From assembly GCA_051313645.2 (NCBI GenBank), contig JBNRSN020000008.1, forward strand, positions 123,814,001-123,878,000: a stretch of DNA of 64,000 nucleotides, written 5' to 3'. Within the stretch, counting starts at the first letter, position 1. Each line of letters begins with the position of its first letter. Below the pieces are notes generated by a model. That model worked only from the letters and a program-made list of their open reading frames with translations. It did no database searches and was not told the origin of the DNA. The translations under genes and the position numbers were made by a program. Shown one piece after another: positions 1 through 12,592 of this stretch. The DNA is from Centroscyllium fabricii. Taxonomy: Eukaryota.

Positions 1-944
1 AAAACATTGTTCATATTTAACACTTGCATCTGCACAGCCATATTTTCATAATGCATACCGTTAGTAGGTCCAAATGAGCATTCCTGTATTGGCCATGAGG
101 ATGGTCACTGCAATAAGCCCAATTCCAATTTAGAATTATGATGACGTTCTGATAGTGGACAGCCCCTCTATGAATAGGACATTAGGAACAATATCTGCAG
201 TTGTTGCGTACTCTTACAGATAATAGCACATAACCCAAACTTAATGTAGAATTTCAATGGGAGTAATTAAGAAGATTATAGGTGCTCAATGTGCCTATCC
301 CTATCCTAAGATCCATTCCATGCAGGCTCTTCTGACATTCACCCTATACTTCAGCTACTTTTGGTGCCGCAAGCTCTGAGTTGGAGGAAACATTTGGGTC
401 ATCAGTCAGCATAAGGGTTAAGTAAAACATCAGTTCTTGAAGTGATACAATTAAGCTTCAACCCATTGGTTATTCTTACGCAATCACAATTTTACAGGTA
501 GCTAATTTTTCAAAATTAGCTGTTCATGACTTCTCACCGCCCCACATCCCAGAGAGGATTATGCTGTAACTGGCAGAAGGTGAGCTTTTCGGAGTTGCCA
601 GTGCCAACAGTATTTTAAGCAATAAATTGTAAACTGCTTAGTTCCCCAAGCACCAATTGTAAGACTGTATTCAGAAATCCATCTATCAAATTCAATTGTC
701 AAGGGTTGGCAAATTTAGACAAATATATAGATGCTAAATGCAAATTATCCAATTACTATCTTTTTAGTGTGCTGGTGCACTTTGTTTTACCTAAAACATG
801 CATTTGAAAAATGTTAACTTTCATGTACCAAATTTCTCCCCCCTCGACATTCTAGTTTTAGCTGGTGCCACCAGAAGACACCTTTTACATTTGCTGTAGC
901 TTTTGTTTTTCTTTAGACTTCTATTTATAGAAATATTACTAGTT

Positions 945-1165
945 TCAGTCTGGCTCAGTTGCTAGCATTCTTGCCTTGGAGACAGAAGGGTTTGGGTTTA
1001 AACCTTACTACGGACTTGAACGCACAATGTGGGCTGACACTTCAGTGCAGTACTGAGGCATTGTTGCATTATTGAAGGTAAAGTCTTTCAGATGAGACAT
1101 TATCGCTGGCTCAGGTGGACATAAGATTATGTGACACTAAGGAGAGCAGGGAATTTTCTCATTGG
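945..1165 (+). mobile_element. tRNA-derived Deu-SINE (SacSINE1-like), 5' part, degenerate
   Basis: A-box-like tggctcagttg, B-box-like gggtttaaacc, then ggctgacacttcagtgcagtactgagg...tctttcagatgagacatt, typical of this family. Confidence 0.6.
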
Positions 1166-1925
1166 GGAAAAAAGTGAAAATGTATGTGGTTTAAAAGCAT
1201 CATCTACAATATATTTAAGATCTTACATCTGCGTGCATTTTCTGTCTACAAAACCTTACCTTCTGTTAACTTTTTGTAAAACTTCTTTTGTCAGACTTTT
1301 CCATTATAGATTTCAGCATTCACATTTATAATGGAAACTACTGAAGTAAACTTGGACTGTAATACAGCCTCTTGCCAGTAGTGGTGCTATAGTGACTCAG
1401 TTTGCATCTCCTAGCTTCTTGGCTGGAGTTGTACAAGCTCCTGTGCTCCAACTAACTCTGCTTCCAAAATTGCAGTGCGTTTTGCTATTAACTATAAAAT
1501 CAAAATATTATAAAAATAAGGCAAAATATAACTTTAAAGTTGGAACTGAATTATGCCTGCATGCCCTAGTCCAATTATCCCCAGCTCTTTCACCCTGCTA
1601 AACCTGAAGATTACACTTAATCTTGACTCCCTGTGTACAGTGTCACAGGGAATCAACTAGTATATCTTAGTTGTTCAGCATTACTCAACCATTTATGTGG
1701 ATGGTTCAACAGTGGTTAATATAAGTTAACAGATGTGTTATGCTGCTGAATTGCTTGAATACAAAAGAAATGTACATGGTACAATATTTTAAAGTCTGTT
1801 ATTTAAAAAGCACTCATTGCTGGTAATTTTACCCTTGGTATTGCAAAAGAATTAGTTCAGAAAGGCAGTTTCTAAATGGCCTTTTACCAGCATGCGTTAA
1901 GCAAACAAACTATTTCGACCTGTAA

Positions 1926-2054
<129 letters not shown>

Positions 2055-2974
2055 TAAGTAATTTTTTTAAATCTGACTCTCAATGTTCAGTTCTAGTGAT
2101 TTGCAACCTCTAGGGTACCAGGTCTGCTATTTACAACTGTTTTACACTTCTCCCCTGCCCATGTAATGGCATAATGGGCTATCCTGTCCTTTCTTGGGAT
2201 TAACTAGCTGGGCCAACACTTTCCCATTTGACCTTGCCAAGCAAAACTCATTGAAATGCAACACTTAATCCTTTGGAATATATTTCCCAAGCAGCTATTG
2301 GGCAGCCAACTAGGCCAGATAGATTTGACCATTTAGCCTCTGCGATTAACTTTAGCACCAAGTTAGAGACGGTTTTCAGTGTTAGTCAAACTTAATTCCG
2401 AACAGACATGCAGTAGTAATTGCTATAATATGGGTTTTTTCTTTGCATTGAGAAGCTGTTTTTGGAATAAGCAAAAATTTATTTGGATGCATTTATTTTT
2501 GTTAAGCTAAACAATAAATAACTAAAGCACTCCATAAGTACGGTTAATTCACAGTTACAAAATATAATCAGCCATCAGACCTTCCCTGATGTCTGTGGAA
2601 GTTCCATACCAAGTAGAAATCGGCACTGCTGGCCTGAATAAGCGTGTTGAGTGCTCTGCCTATTTTTGGACAGAATAAAATGGCTACCTGTACCTCCAGG
2701 GTGGTTAATTTTGCTTTTACTCCTGCTGCCTCCAGAGGTGATTGGGGAGAACGACATCTTGATCTGAGTTCAGATTCCTCTGGAGGCAGTAATGCTGCCC
2801 TTTACCTTTTTATAGTACTGTTGCTGTGGAACAGTACTGTAAGGTAAATGCAATCTTACTGCAGCTTTTTAGAAATTGCTAACATGGTACCAACAGTAAC
2901 CTATGCAATACTGTAAGAGGTGGAGTCAATCATAAGATGTAAATTATCGCATCAATTTCTGATCACAGCAACAA

Positions 2975-4040
2975 GCTTCAGAGGTGACAACCGAACACCA
3001 AGCAGTGATGGGAGAAAGGTTGTTTCTGAGAGACTTTTAAAGCAGAGAAGAGCAGAAGGAATTTGGGGAAAACATTTGCATGTGAGTGACTGAAAATTCT
3101 GAGACTGTAGGAGTAAAGTGAGGGGGGATACAAAGGAAGCCAGAGAGGGAAGAGCAGAAGACATAGTGGCACATGACGCTAGAAGAGGTTGCAAAGGTAA
3201 CGAGGGGCAAGGCCGATGAGGGAATGGGGGACCCAATTGAGCTTTGCTTGGACAAGAGTGATGGAAGATCAAGAATTAGTGTTGGATAGAATGTGGGCAG
3301 TTGAGCTTTGGATGAGTTGCAGTTTTTGAAGGGTGGAAATTCAAAGGCCTGAGCGTAGAGAATTGGAGTAATCAAGCTTGAGGTGACTGAGGGTTTCATT
3401 GGCAATGCGAGTAAGGCCTGAGGTGCAAGTAGGAGGTCTTGGTGGCTAGAATGTGGAGTGTTGAAGCTCAGCTTGGTCAAAGCATCAGTTTCAGTCTGAA
3501 CAAGCAGCCAGGGAGGGAGATGGAATCGGGATCTCTGGTGCTGTTTTTGTTGGGGGCCAAACCAGGTGGCTTCAGTCTTGTTGACTTGCATTGATGAACG
3601 TTCTTGCTTATTTAAGATGTTGGAAAAACAGTCAGGCAACACGACCATGGCAGTGGAGTCAGGAATGGTAATGGAGAGAGGTAGAGTTCATTATCGGCTG
3701 TGGTAATACGGTTTTCCACTAATACTGTGCTGTGTATAGTTATCTCCTTGTTACCTCTTGTCCCCACCGGTATCTACCTGGGATGCCTCAGCTGGCTCCG
3801 CCGCCTGGCTCCACCCACAGACTGCAGTATAAAGGTGGCAGCCATGTTGTCCTCATGGCATTCCAGGACCGGATAGCGATAAGACCTGTACTCCAGTTCT
3901 TTGTTATTAAAAGCCTCAATTACTTAACTTCGTCGACTCACTGTAATTGATCGTGCATCATCGCCATACGGGTGAGAGCTGACCGATGCCGTCATCAAGG
4001 AATAGAATATCAATGAGGAAATGAATGAGGCCAATAATGT
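2975..4040 (-). mobile_element. Old L2-type LINE fragment interrupted by a solo LTR
   Basis: Purine-rich + strand. Degenerate minus-strand RT remnants (e.g. NKTEA) occur near the LTR insertion point. Confidence 0.5.
3699..3960 (+). mobile_element. Solo LTR of the same Gypsy lineage as 11330-15547 and 42167-45516
   Basis: Termini TGTGGTAA...TAATTGATCGTGCATCA. TATAAA near 3828 and ATTAAA near 3905. Flanks TCGGC/TCGCC form a 5-bp TSD with 1 mismatch. Confidence 0.85.
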
Positions 4041-4149
4041 TACAAAATTGCCCTTTTATTATTTTCCCAATATCCACCCCTTTCATCATTGTCACGTTGT
4101 GGCTGCAGTTTGTATTGACAAAAGGATGCACGGCAACAATTCAAGTTTA

Positions 4150-4430
4150 CGTTGACCGTCCCTCCCAGCCCCACAACCTCTACAACAGAAGGACAAGAGT
4201 AGTGATATCACTGCATCGCCATCTCTTCCAAGTTGCACACCATCCTGACTTTGACATATATTGCCATTCCTTCATTGTCACTGGGGCAAAATCCTGAAAT
4301 TTCCTACCCATCATAGCACCATCATCACAAGTTAGAGAACGGTTCAAGAAGGTCCATTATTACCTCAGGACAATGAGATGGGCAATAAATGCGGCTTTGC
4401 TAGTGTTGCTCATGTCTGTGCGCAATCTTT
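4150..4430 (+). mobile_element. Degenerate 3' end of the LINE family at 49145-52413
   Basis: Similar to the reverse complement of 49150-49460 (agaaggacaag...gtcactggggcaaaatcctg...gggcaataaatgc). Confidence 0.65.
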
Positions 4431-5634
4431 TAAAAATAATCTATCTCACTTGGGTATGCGCCACCAGAATGAATCTGCTGCTGTCAGAAGATAATTGATC
4501 AATTTCACCACTCTTATTTTTTGGCCTGTTGGGTATTGTTTTTGGTGCTGACTCAATAGTTTGTCTAAACTTTGTTGATTTAGCTCTAAATTGGCCAGTC
4601 CTGTAATCATTCACAACATAAACCTTTAAGACCGTGACACTGTTGCGAGCCAAATTTCAGGGTTAGGTGGAAAAGGTTTTAATAACTAACAGTTGATAAA
4701 ATCCAGGGTAACGTGACAAAATCCAGGATAACGCTAGCAATGACACTGTCAGCTTGCAAGTCATCTTCCCATGCCTAGATCTCTTTGTTTTCCATATTCT
4801 TCAATTTGGATTTCTACATTATACATGCCATTAATCATTTTGTACATGATATTGTACATTATAATGGTCCAAGTTCTTTTAAAATCATTAAGTTAATTGA
4901 ACTACTTAGTCAACTAGCTCCCTCTAGTGTCTCTTTTTTGAGGATAACTATGAAATCTCTTTTTTTTTTTTTTTAAAAGGAAAATGTTGGAAATACACAG
5001 GTCAGTTAGCATCTGTAAAAATAAGACAAATAATGACTTTTCGGGGTCATAAATTGTGTTTTCTCTTTACAGATGGTGACTAACCTGTTTATTTCCAGCA
5101 CTTTTTATTTTCATTTGATTTTTCCTTTTATTTCCTTCCTGATTTCTCTCTACTACCCGCTGTGGCCCAGGGACAAAACACCCTCTGCTCTCTTTCCCCT
5201 CCCCCCCCCTCCCCCCCCCCCAAATTCTGCTCCACCCCCCCCCCAGGAGGCAGCTCCCAAAAGAATCCATTTCTGTGTGGTGTCTGGACACCTCTGATCC
5301 AAAACGGAAGTGTAATTTATAAGGTGTAGGAAGAGAAGTCGCATAATTGCTCAACTTGCAATCTTTTCCAGCTTGATTTGGCTATAGTGTGTGGAGGATA
5401 CGTATTTAGAGATTTTAACATCCTACCTCTCCATTCCACCATTGGTCACAGAGCCATCATCCACCATGGCCTTACAATCCTGAACTCATTATCCTAAACC
5501 ACTTTTGCATGTTGTTGTAATAGGACCTTCTGCAAGTATTGGCTGGACACAGATTTCAATCATGCATTTCTATTAAAATGCATTAAATGTAAGAACAGTA
5601 TTGAGCAAATTATTTGTGTGATTGTCCAACATAA

Positions 5635-5841
<207 letters not shown>

Positions 5842-7684
5842 TGAACATGGTTTGAGTTATTTGTAAAGTTTTATTAATTTGCGGAATGAGAGCGGTAATA
5901 TGGTGACTGGTTTCTATTTTGTGCAGCTGATCAATGTCTTTTTTCTGAACTCCCCTCTGAAACAAACCTGATAACTTGCATGCATGTTTATAAACAAGTG
6001 TGATGTTCTGCAGGCCATGAAGTTCTCCATGACTTATGCAAAGTTGAAGTTTTGTTGTTGACCTACAATCTAATTGTTGAAACAAACTTGAGTCCAGATA
6101 ACCATCTTGACATATGCTAGTATTGCACTATTAGAATGTTCTGCTTTCCTATTCCAGATGAACTCTGGAGAAGGAAACAAACTCTCTCCCCAAAAGAAAA
6201 TTAATTTATAAACTTCTGCAATATTGAGGTACATGACTGGAACATGTTCTGGCACCAGGTAAATGGCCAAGGGACCTCACTCGGTCTCCATGAATGCCAC
6301 TGCTACTCAAGTTATAGTAAGGTCATAGTGGGTGTGGCTCTGATGTTTCCTCTGTCAGGAGAGGGCTTTCCTAGGCAGTTCAAGACAAATTTTAGTCACC
6401 TTTTGAGAAGTACTCTCTTTTTCTGGTAAAGCATTAAAAACAGAAAATGCTGGAATTACACAGCAGTTCCATCAGCACCCATGAAGATTAGTTTCAGTTG
6501 TAAATTGGAACCCATGAAAAGGTGACCTGTCTTCTCTCTCTACACAAGGTGATGGACCTGCTGTGCATTTCAAGAATTTTATGTTTTTATTCGATTTCAG
6601 ACATTTACAGTACATTTTTTACTTTTATCTGAAGAGTATTAACAGAGTTTTTCCTTCTCCCTGTGGGGAACTCCTAGCCTGGATATTCTACCTCCCCGAC
6701 ACCATATTTGAGATCAGAAATGCTCCATATGAGAATCAATACACACACCCCTGTCACCACTACAGCCCAGTACTTTGATACACCTATCCATTGCAGGTCA
6801 CAGTAAATGATTGGTAGGGAATGGAAAGAAACCAGCAATGTAATATTTAAGCTCGGAGTAAGTTTACATAGTTACATTATCAAAAGATTGTCCAAAGTAT
6901 TACCTGACACAAAAAGTCTTGGCAATTTAAAAAACTTTAAAAATCTTCCTTTGTTCAATTTATGCCATTTGCTTCAGTTTTGTCAAATTTAACCCATTGA
7001 ATATTTTGGTAGAATGTGGCTGTTCTTCCCCCCAAAAAATGACTTTCAATTGAGTTGATGAGTTCAGTTTCAGACAAAGAATGGCAAGTTGTATATCATT
7101 CTGTTCCCTTCCACTCCACCCTCTCTACACTTACCTGTGGCTAACATTCAAACTTAATGCATATTGAAAACATACCAATTTGATATTGTATACAATCTTA
7201 AAGCTGGCAATAATATTGTTCCATCATACTTACAATTGTACAATAGATTAAAATTATATTTGTTGTGATGTGTAACATGCTATGTCTTGAAATTTAGCAG
7301 TTACATGATCAACTCAATTTTACATGGCCAGTTCCATAAATCCCTCTAAGCATTGTATAATCTTGGATCAAAATAATTTCTAGGTATTTTCCTTGCCCAT
7401 TCCCATCCCAGGAGGAAAGAAACTGCTCAACCCAATGGCAGTCATATTATTTTTCAATATTTTCTATTTTTGGGAATTAAAATATTTTTGAAACTTCTAA
7501 GGATACCCAAATGTTAATAGAAAACAGTGAACTTCACATTATTGACCATAACTAATATTAAAATGTGCAGAAAAAACTTGCAGGATAGTAGTACAATTGG
7601 CTTGATTCTACACAATCAAACATGCCTTGTGGGGCATGTGTTGATGAATGTATTTAACTAACAGTAGTATTTGTATTAAATTAG

Positions 7685-7742
7685 GCTTCAGCCAGAGAAG
7701 AAATACTTGACAATGGAGGAAGTCTTTCTCACCATCATGGAG
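7685..7742 (+). CDS. AGPS: AGPS penultimate coding exon, containing the HHH active-site motif
   Basis: ttag acceptor and gtgagt donor. The 58 bp read ASAREEILDNGGSLSHHHG, with a phase-1 junction to the last exon (G|TG = Val). Confidence 0.96.
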
Positions 7743-8129
7743 GTGAGTACACTTTGTTTCATGTTGTGCCACATTATCTTCTCTTCCCTCCCCAGACTTG
7801 TACTATAATACACACCATTCCATAGGTTTCTGATGCTTCACTCAAGTGGCTATTCTCCCAATGTGAGCATGGACAGTGATGCCAGGAGTCGATTTTATCA
7901 TGGGGCGGCACTATGATTAATTTATTCATCCTCTCTACTCGGCTGCAGTCAATTGCAGCACCCTACTAGCTGAAGCCAGATAACTTTGCAAGTTTGATCC
8001 TTGATCTGTGCCAAGTTAACTACATTACACCATACATTTTCACACTGCAAACCGTCTTTCTGAAATGTAATATTTTGACAATTTTCTTTTTGGCCCTCAA
8101 GATGGCGAGCACAAAAACCGGGGCGATCC

Positions 8130-9650
8130 AATAACTTTAGGAAGGACATGAAGGCTTTGGAGGGTACAGAAGAGATTTACTAGAATGGTTCCAGGGATAA
8201 GGATTACAGTTGCGGGGATAGATTGGAGAATCTAGGGTTGTTCTTAGAGCAGAGAAAGCCAAGAGGAGAATTGATAGAGGTGTTTAAAACCATGAAGCGT
8301 TTAGATAGAGTAAATAAAGAGAAACTGTTTCCAATGGCTGAAGGGTCGATAACCAGAGGACACAGATTGAAGGTGATTGGCAAAAGAACCAGAGACGACA
8401 TGAGAAACTTTTTTAAGCAACGACTGGTTAGGATTTGGAATGCATGTACATAAGGTGGTGGATACAGATTCAGTGGTCGCCTTCAAAAAGGAATTGGATA
8501 AATACTTGAAGGAGAATAAATTGCAGAGATATGGGGACAGAACAGACGAGTGGGACTAACTGGATTGCTCTTCGAAAGAGGCGACGCAGACTTGATGGGC
8601 TGAATTGCCGCCTTCTGTGCAGTACTGCTCTATAACTCTAGCCTATAGGCCAGTGAGCCTAACATCCATTGTACATAAAATATTAAAATGCACCCTGAAA
8701 GGGGGGTTAATGAAACCTAAATGGGTATAGTATGAAGGAGCCAGCATGGATTTATGGGAGGAAGGTCTTGCCTAATAAGTTGGTTGGAGATCTTCAAAGA
8801 AATTACAGACCTTGTTGACAGTGGGTGTAATATATTTAGGTTTAAGCAAGGCTTTTGTGGATGTAATATATTTAGGTTTTAGCGTGGCTTTTGATACTGT
8901 GCCACACAAGCAATTAGTCCACAAGGTAAGAAGGTACGAAATAAGAGACTGGCTTCTGGCATGGATTGAAAATCTGCGAAATCAGGGAATATCTGCTAAA
9001 TTAGTTTGTGGATGGAGCTGCTATGACATGGCAATGGGTTACTTGTGGGCTATCACATTGATCAGTGCTGGGGTATCGCTATTTGTAGTGTGTATAAATT
9101 ACTTGACTTGAAGCTGATGACTAAGAAATCTGTATAATTTTGCAGATTATACCAAATTGTGGGAGATAGTGTTTGCATAATGGGAGCAGACAAACAAAAG
9201 GATTTGAGTTGACTGGAAAGGTCGGCTAATGAATGGTAAATTACATTTAGTGTGAGCAACTGCAATTTATTGAGGAAGGGAAATAAATGGAGTTTAAACT
9301 GAATAGCTGTAGACTACAGGAAACCACTCTGGAGCAGAATCTGGGGATATTGGTAGATGGCTAACTGAAACCAGCAGCGTAGTAAGAAAAGCTAACTATA
9401 CCTTGGGATGAATAGCCTGCGGTATAGACCACTAATCCCAGGAAATTATAGGTCTGCATGATGCACTGGTATACTGGTGCAATGTGTACAATTCTGGTTG
9501 CTATACTACAGTCAGGATATCCATGACCTCGACCTGCTGATACTTAGCTTAAGGCATCTGAGCTATAAGAAGTTGAGGCTGGGATTGTTTACTCTAGAAG
9601 AGAAGGGGAAATATTATTCAAGTATTAAAGATGCTCAAGGGAATAGATCA
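8130..9650 (+). mobile_element. Two adjacent CR1 LINE fragments: 3' end at 8130-8640 and an older RT fragment at 8641-9650
   Basis: LGLFLEQRKPRGELIEVFK...TRGHRLK C-terminal motif and CR1 tail. The DVIYLGFS(K)AF motif is tandemly duplicated (36 bp) at about 8821-8892. Confidence 0.8.
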
Positions 9651-10453
9651 ATTAAATAATGACTATATGTTAATGCACTTAGATCCAGGGGATCATCTTG
9701 AGGTTTTTAAAGGTGGAGAGAGGGAGGTTGGAGAGATTTAGAGAATTCCAGAGAGTCGGACTGAAGTGGCTGAAAGGGCTGCTACCAATGGTGGAGCAAA
9801 GGGCATGACCGCAATGCCGTAATTGGAGGAAAGAAGCATTTGGGATAGATATAGGGCTGAGGTAGATTGCAGAAACAAGGTAGGCAAAGATCAATGATGG
9901 ATTTTAAAGGCAATCATAGAATAGTACAGCACAGAAGGAGGCCATTTGGACTGTCGAGTCTGAGCCGGCTCTTTCAAAGAGCAATCTAGTTGGCCCCACT
10001 CCCCCGCTCTTTCCCCATATCCCTGCAACTTTTTCTCCAAGTATTTATCCAATTCCCTTTTGAAAGCTATTATTGACTCTGTATCCACCACTCTATTCAA
10101 GCAGTGCATTCCAAATCCCAACGTTGCATAAAAAAGTTTTTCCTCTTGCTATCGACCCTTCAGCCATTAGAAACAGTTACTCTATCTAAATCCTTCATGA
10201 TTTTAAACACGTCTATCAAATCTCCTCTTTGCCTTCCCTGCTCCAAGGCGAACAACCCCAGCTTCTCTTGTCTATCTGCGTAACTCTAATCCCTCATCCC
10301 TGGGACCATGCAAGTAAATCTCTTCTGTACCCTCTCCAAAGCCTTCACGTCCTTCCTAAAGTGTGGTGCCCAGAATTGGACACACTATTCCAGCTGGGGC
10401 CGAATTAGTGTTTTATATACGTTTAGCATAATTTCCTGGCTTTTGTACTCTAT

Positions 10454-11222
10454 GGGGGAGAAATTGCAGATTGCCTCATTTGGGGGCGGTAACAACCAGG
10501 ATGCGGGACATTTTGTGCCAGGCGCGGAAGTGCTGGCCTGCTCACTAAATCTGGGTTACCGTCCCCGGAAGAAAATGGAGCACTAAATCAAGCACTCCAC
10601 TTCCTTCCTGGGGCGGGAGCGGGGCGCACGGCTCGGCAGCACAACACACTGGGCCGCATACAAGGGGCTTGTCCCTCAATTAGAGGGAACAGCACGTGCA
10701 GCATACTCTGCCAAAGAAGAAGCCACCTACCTGGACCAGCGGGGGTGCCGTGCAATCATAGAATCATAGAATCCCTACAGTGCAGATAGAGGCCATTTCG
10801 GCCCATTGAGCCTGCACCGACACATATCCCACCCTATCCCCGTAACCCCACATATTTAATCCCCCTAACACTAAGGGTCAAGCAGAGTGCTGGGCTGAGT
10901 GATCGAGACACTGAACCCATCAACAAACTGCGTCCGGAGCGGCAACGAAACAACGCATTTTTTCACACCAGCCGGCCGGCCACCTCCCCTTTAATTTTCG
11001 CCCCAGTACTGGGCAATAGCCAATTTAGGGTCCAGCACGATGCGCCCAGAGATGACATCATGATCTCTGGGCGCAGGAGATGGGGGCACAATGCTGTAGC
11101 GCCGTCGCTATACTCTCGCCGAACATGGTGGGCGTTGTTAGCGGCGCTGCGCCCGGTCGCAAAGTTGTTAGCGCCCTGTTCATGCCCCCTGGGGGCGCAT
11201 GATTGACCCGAATTTCTCCCCC
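10454..11222. mobile_element. Non-autonomous DNA transposon (MITE), PIF/Harbinger-ISL2EU-like
   Basis: Perfect 12-bp TIRs GGGGGAGAAATT/AATTTCTCCCCC, AT on both flanks and a CpG-rich interior. It interrupts the CR1 at ...ctctAT|gtctct. Confidence 0.75.
10756..10881 (-). mobile_element. 5'-truncated HE1-type V-SINE with the classic short tail, nested in the MITE
   Basis: The body matches 21505-21580. The tail ends in (ATTCTATG)-type repeats on the minus strand. Confidence 0.75.
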
Positions 11223-11572
11223 ATGTCTCTATATTTATAAAGCCCAGGATCCGATATGCTTTATTAATTGCTTTATTAACCTGTCCTGCCACCTTCAAAG
11301 ATTTGTGCATAAGCACCCCCAGGTCTCTGTGTGGTAAACAACTGTTGTATATATTTGCCTGTGTGTATACATGCCCGGGCATGCCTGAGCTGACTCTGCC
11401 CCTAGCCTACCTGATAAAGGCCCGAGCTCTGGGAGCCTGGCCCAGTACAAGGAGTTGCCGGTCAGTCTAAGGATGTCCAGGGTTCTTAGTGAATAAAAGC
11501 CTCAGTTGTATTCTCAACCTCGCCTCGAGTATAATTGATCGCGCATCAATTTTATTCACTAAGAGTTTTGAG

Positions 11573-12592
11573 ATGGACGCTCTCCTAAAGCTATCCACCC
11601 TGGAACTTGACCCGAGCGCACCAGAGGCGCCGAGCAGCTTCTCCCACTGGCTAACCTGCTTTGAGGGATTCCTGGCGACCTCCGCCAGCACTGTCCAGAC
11701 GGATGCCCAGAAACTCTTGCTTCTGCAGTCACGGCTCCATCACCAAGTGTTCCAACTCATCAAGGGAACGACCTCCTACACATCGGCGATGGCCCTCCTC
11801 AAGGAGCAGTACGAGCGGCCGACTAACACGGTTTACGCCAGGCACCTCCTGCTGACCCGCAAACAACGGACCGGGGAGAGTTTCGCTGGCTTTGTGCGGG
11901 CCCTGACGGAGCTCAGCAGAGCCTGCAACTGCGAAACGGCCTCGGCAGTTGAGCACAGGGAACTGCTAGTCCGAGACGCCATCGTCGCCGGCGTACAATC
12001 GGACTACACCCGGAAGAGACTGCTGGAACTGGGGAAACTGTCCCTGAAGAAGGCCACAGACATCAGACTCGCACTCGAAGGGGCTGATCGGAGTATGGAG
12101 TTGTACGCGCACATGGCTGCCCCATGGACCTCACGGGAGCCGCCAGCGTGGAACACGCCAGGCCCGACGCCTTACGTCGCGCCACCTTCGCCTCACCCCG
12201 TGAACGGCCCGACCACCGCGGCGGTACTCCGGAGCCAGAAGTGCTATTTCTGCGGCCAAGTGAAGCACTCCAGGCAGCGCTGTCCAGCGAAGGACGCTAA
12301 GTGCACGCGTTGCCAGAAGAAGGGACACTACGCGAGTGTCTGCAAGTCGTCCCCCAGGCCCAGCAGCGCAGTGTGCGAACCGACCTCGCGGCCATCTTGG
12401 ACAACCCCCACCATGTGCGACTCATGGGAGCAGCCATCTTGGAAGCCTGCAGCCACAGACCGACCCGGCTCCCCGACTGACTGCGATGAGCCACCAGCCG
12501 CGGTACTGGCTTCCGTTACCTTGGACCAGTCTGGGCCCCACCACCTCACAAAGTCGATGATGGACATTAAGGTAAACGAACTGCCTGTTTGA
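11573..12592 (+). CDS. Gypsy Gag with two zinc knuckles; runs into the protease N-terminus, then frameshifts
   Basis: ATG lies 24 nt after the 5' LTR. Knuckles CYFCGQVKHSRQRC and CTRCQKKGHYASVC. The protease motif CLFDSGST is in another frame at about 12582-12605. Confidence 0.9.
   Translation: MDALLKLSTLELDPSAPEAPSSFSHWLTCFEGFLATSASTVQTDAQKLLLLQSRLHHQVFQLIKGTTSYTSAMALLKEQYERPTNTVYARHLLLTRKQRTGESFAGFVRALTELSRACNCETASAVEHRELLVRDAIVAGVQSDYTRKRLLELGKLSLKKATDIRLALEGADRSMELYAHMAAPWTSREPPAWNTPGPTPYVAPPSPHPVNGPTTAAVLRSQKCYFCGQVKHSRQRCPAKDAKCTRCQKKGHYASVCKSSPRPSSAVCEPTSRPSWTTPTMCDSWEQPSWKPAATDRPGSPTDCDEPPAAVLASVTLDQSGPHHLTKSMMDIKVNELPV

Noticed and set aside
2560-2850. Possible intronic snoRNA or conserved element
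   Set aside because: Only scattered TGATG/CTGA words, with no convincing terminal stem or known guide sequence.
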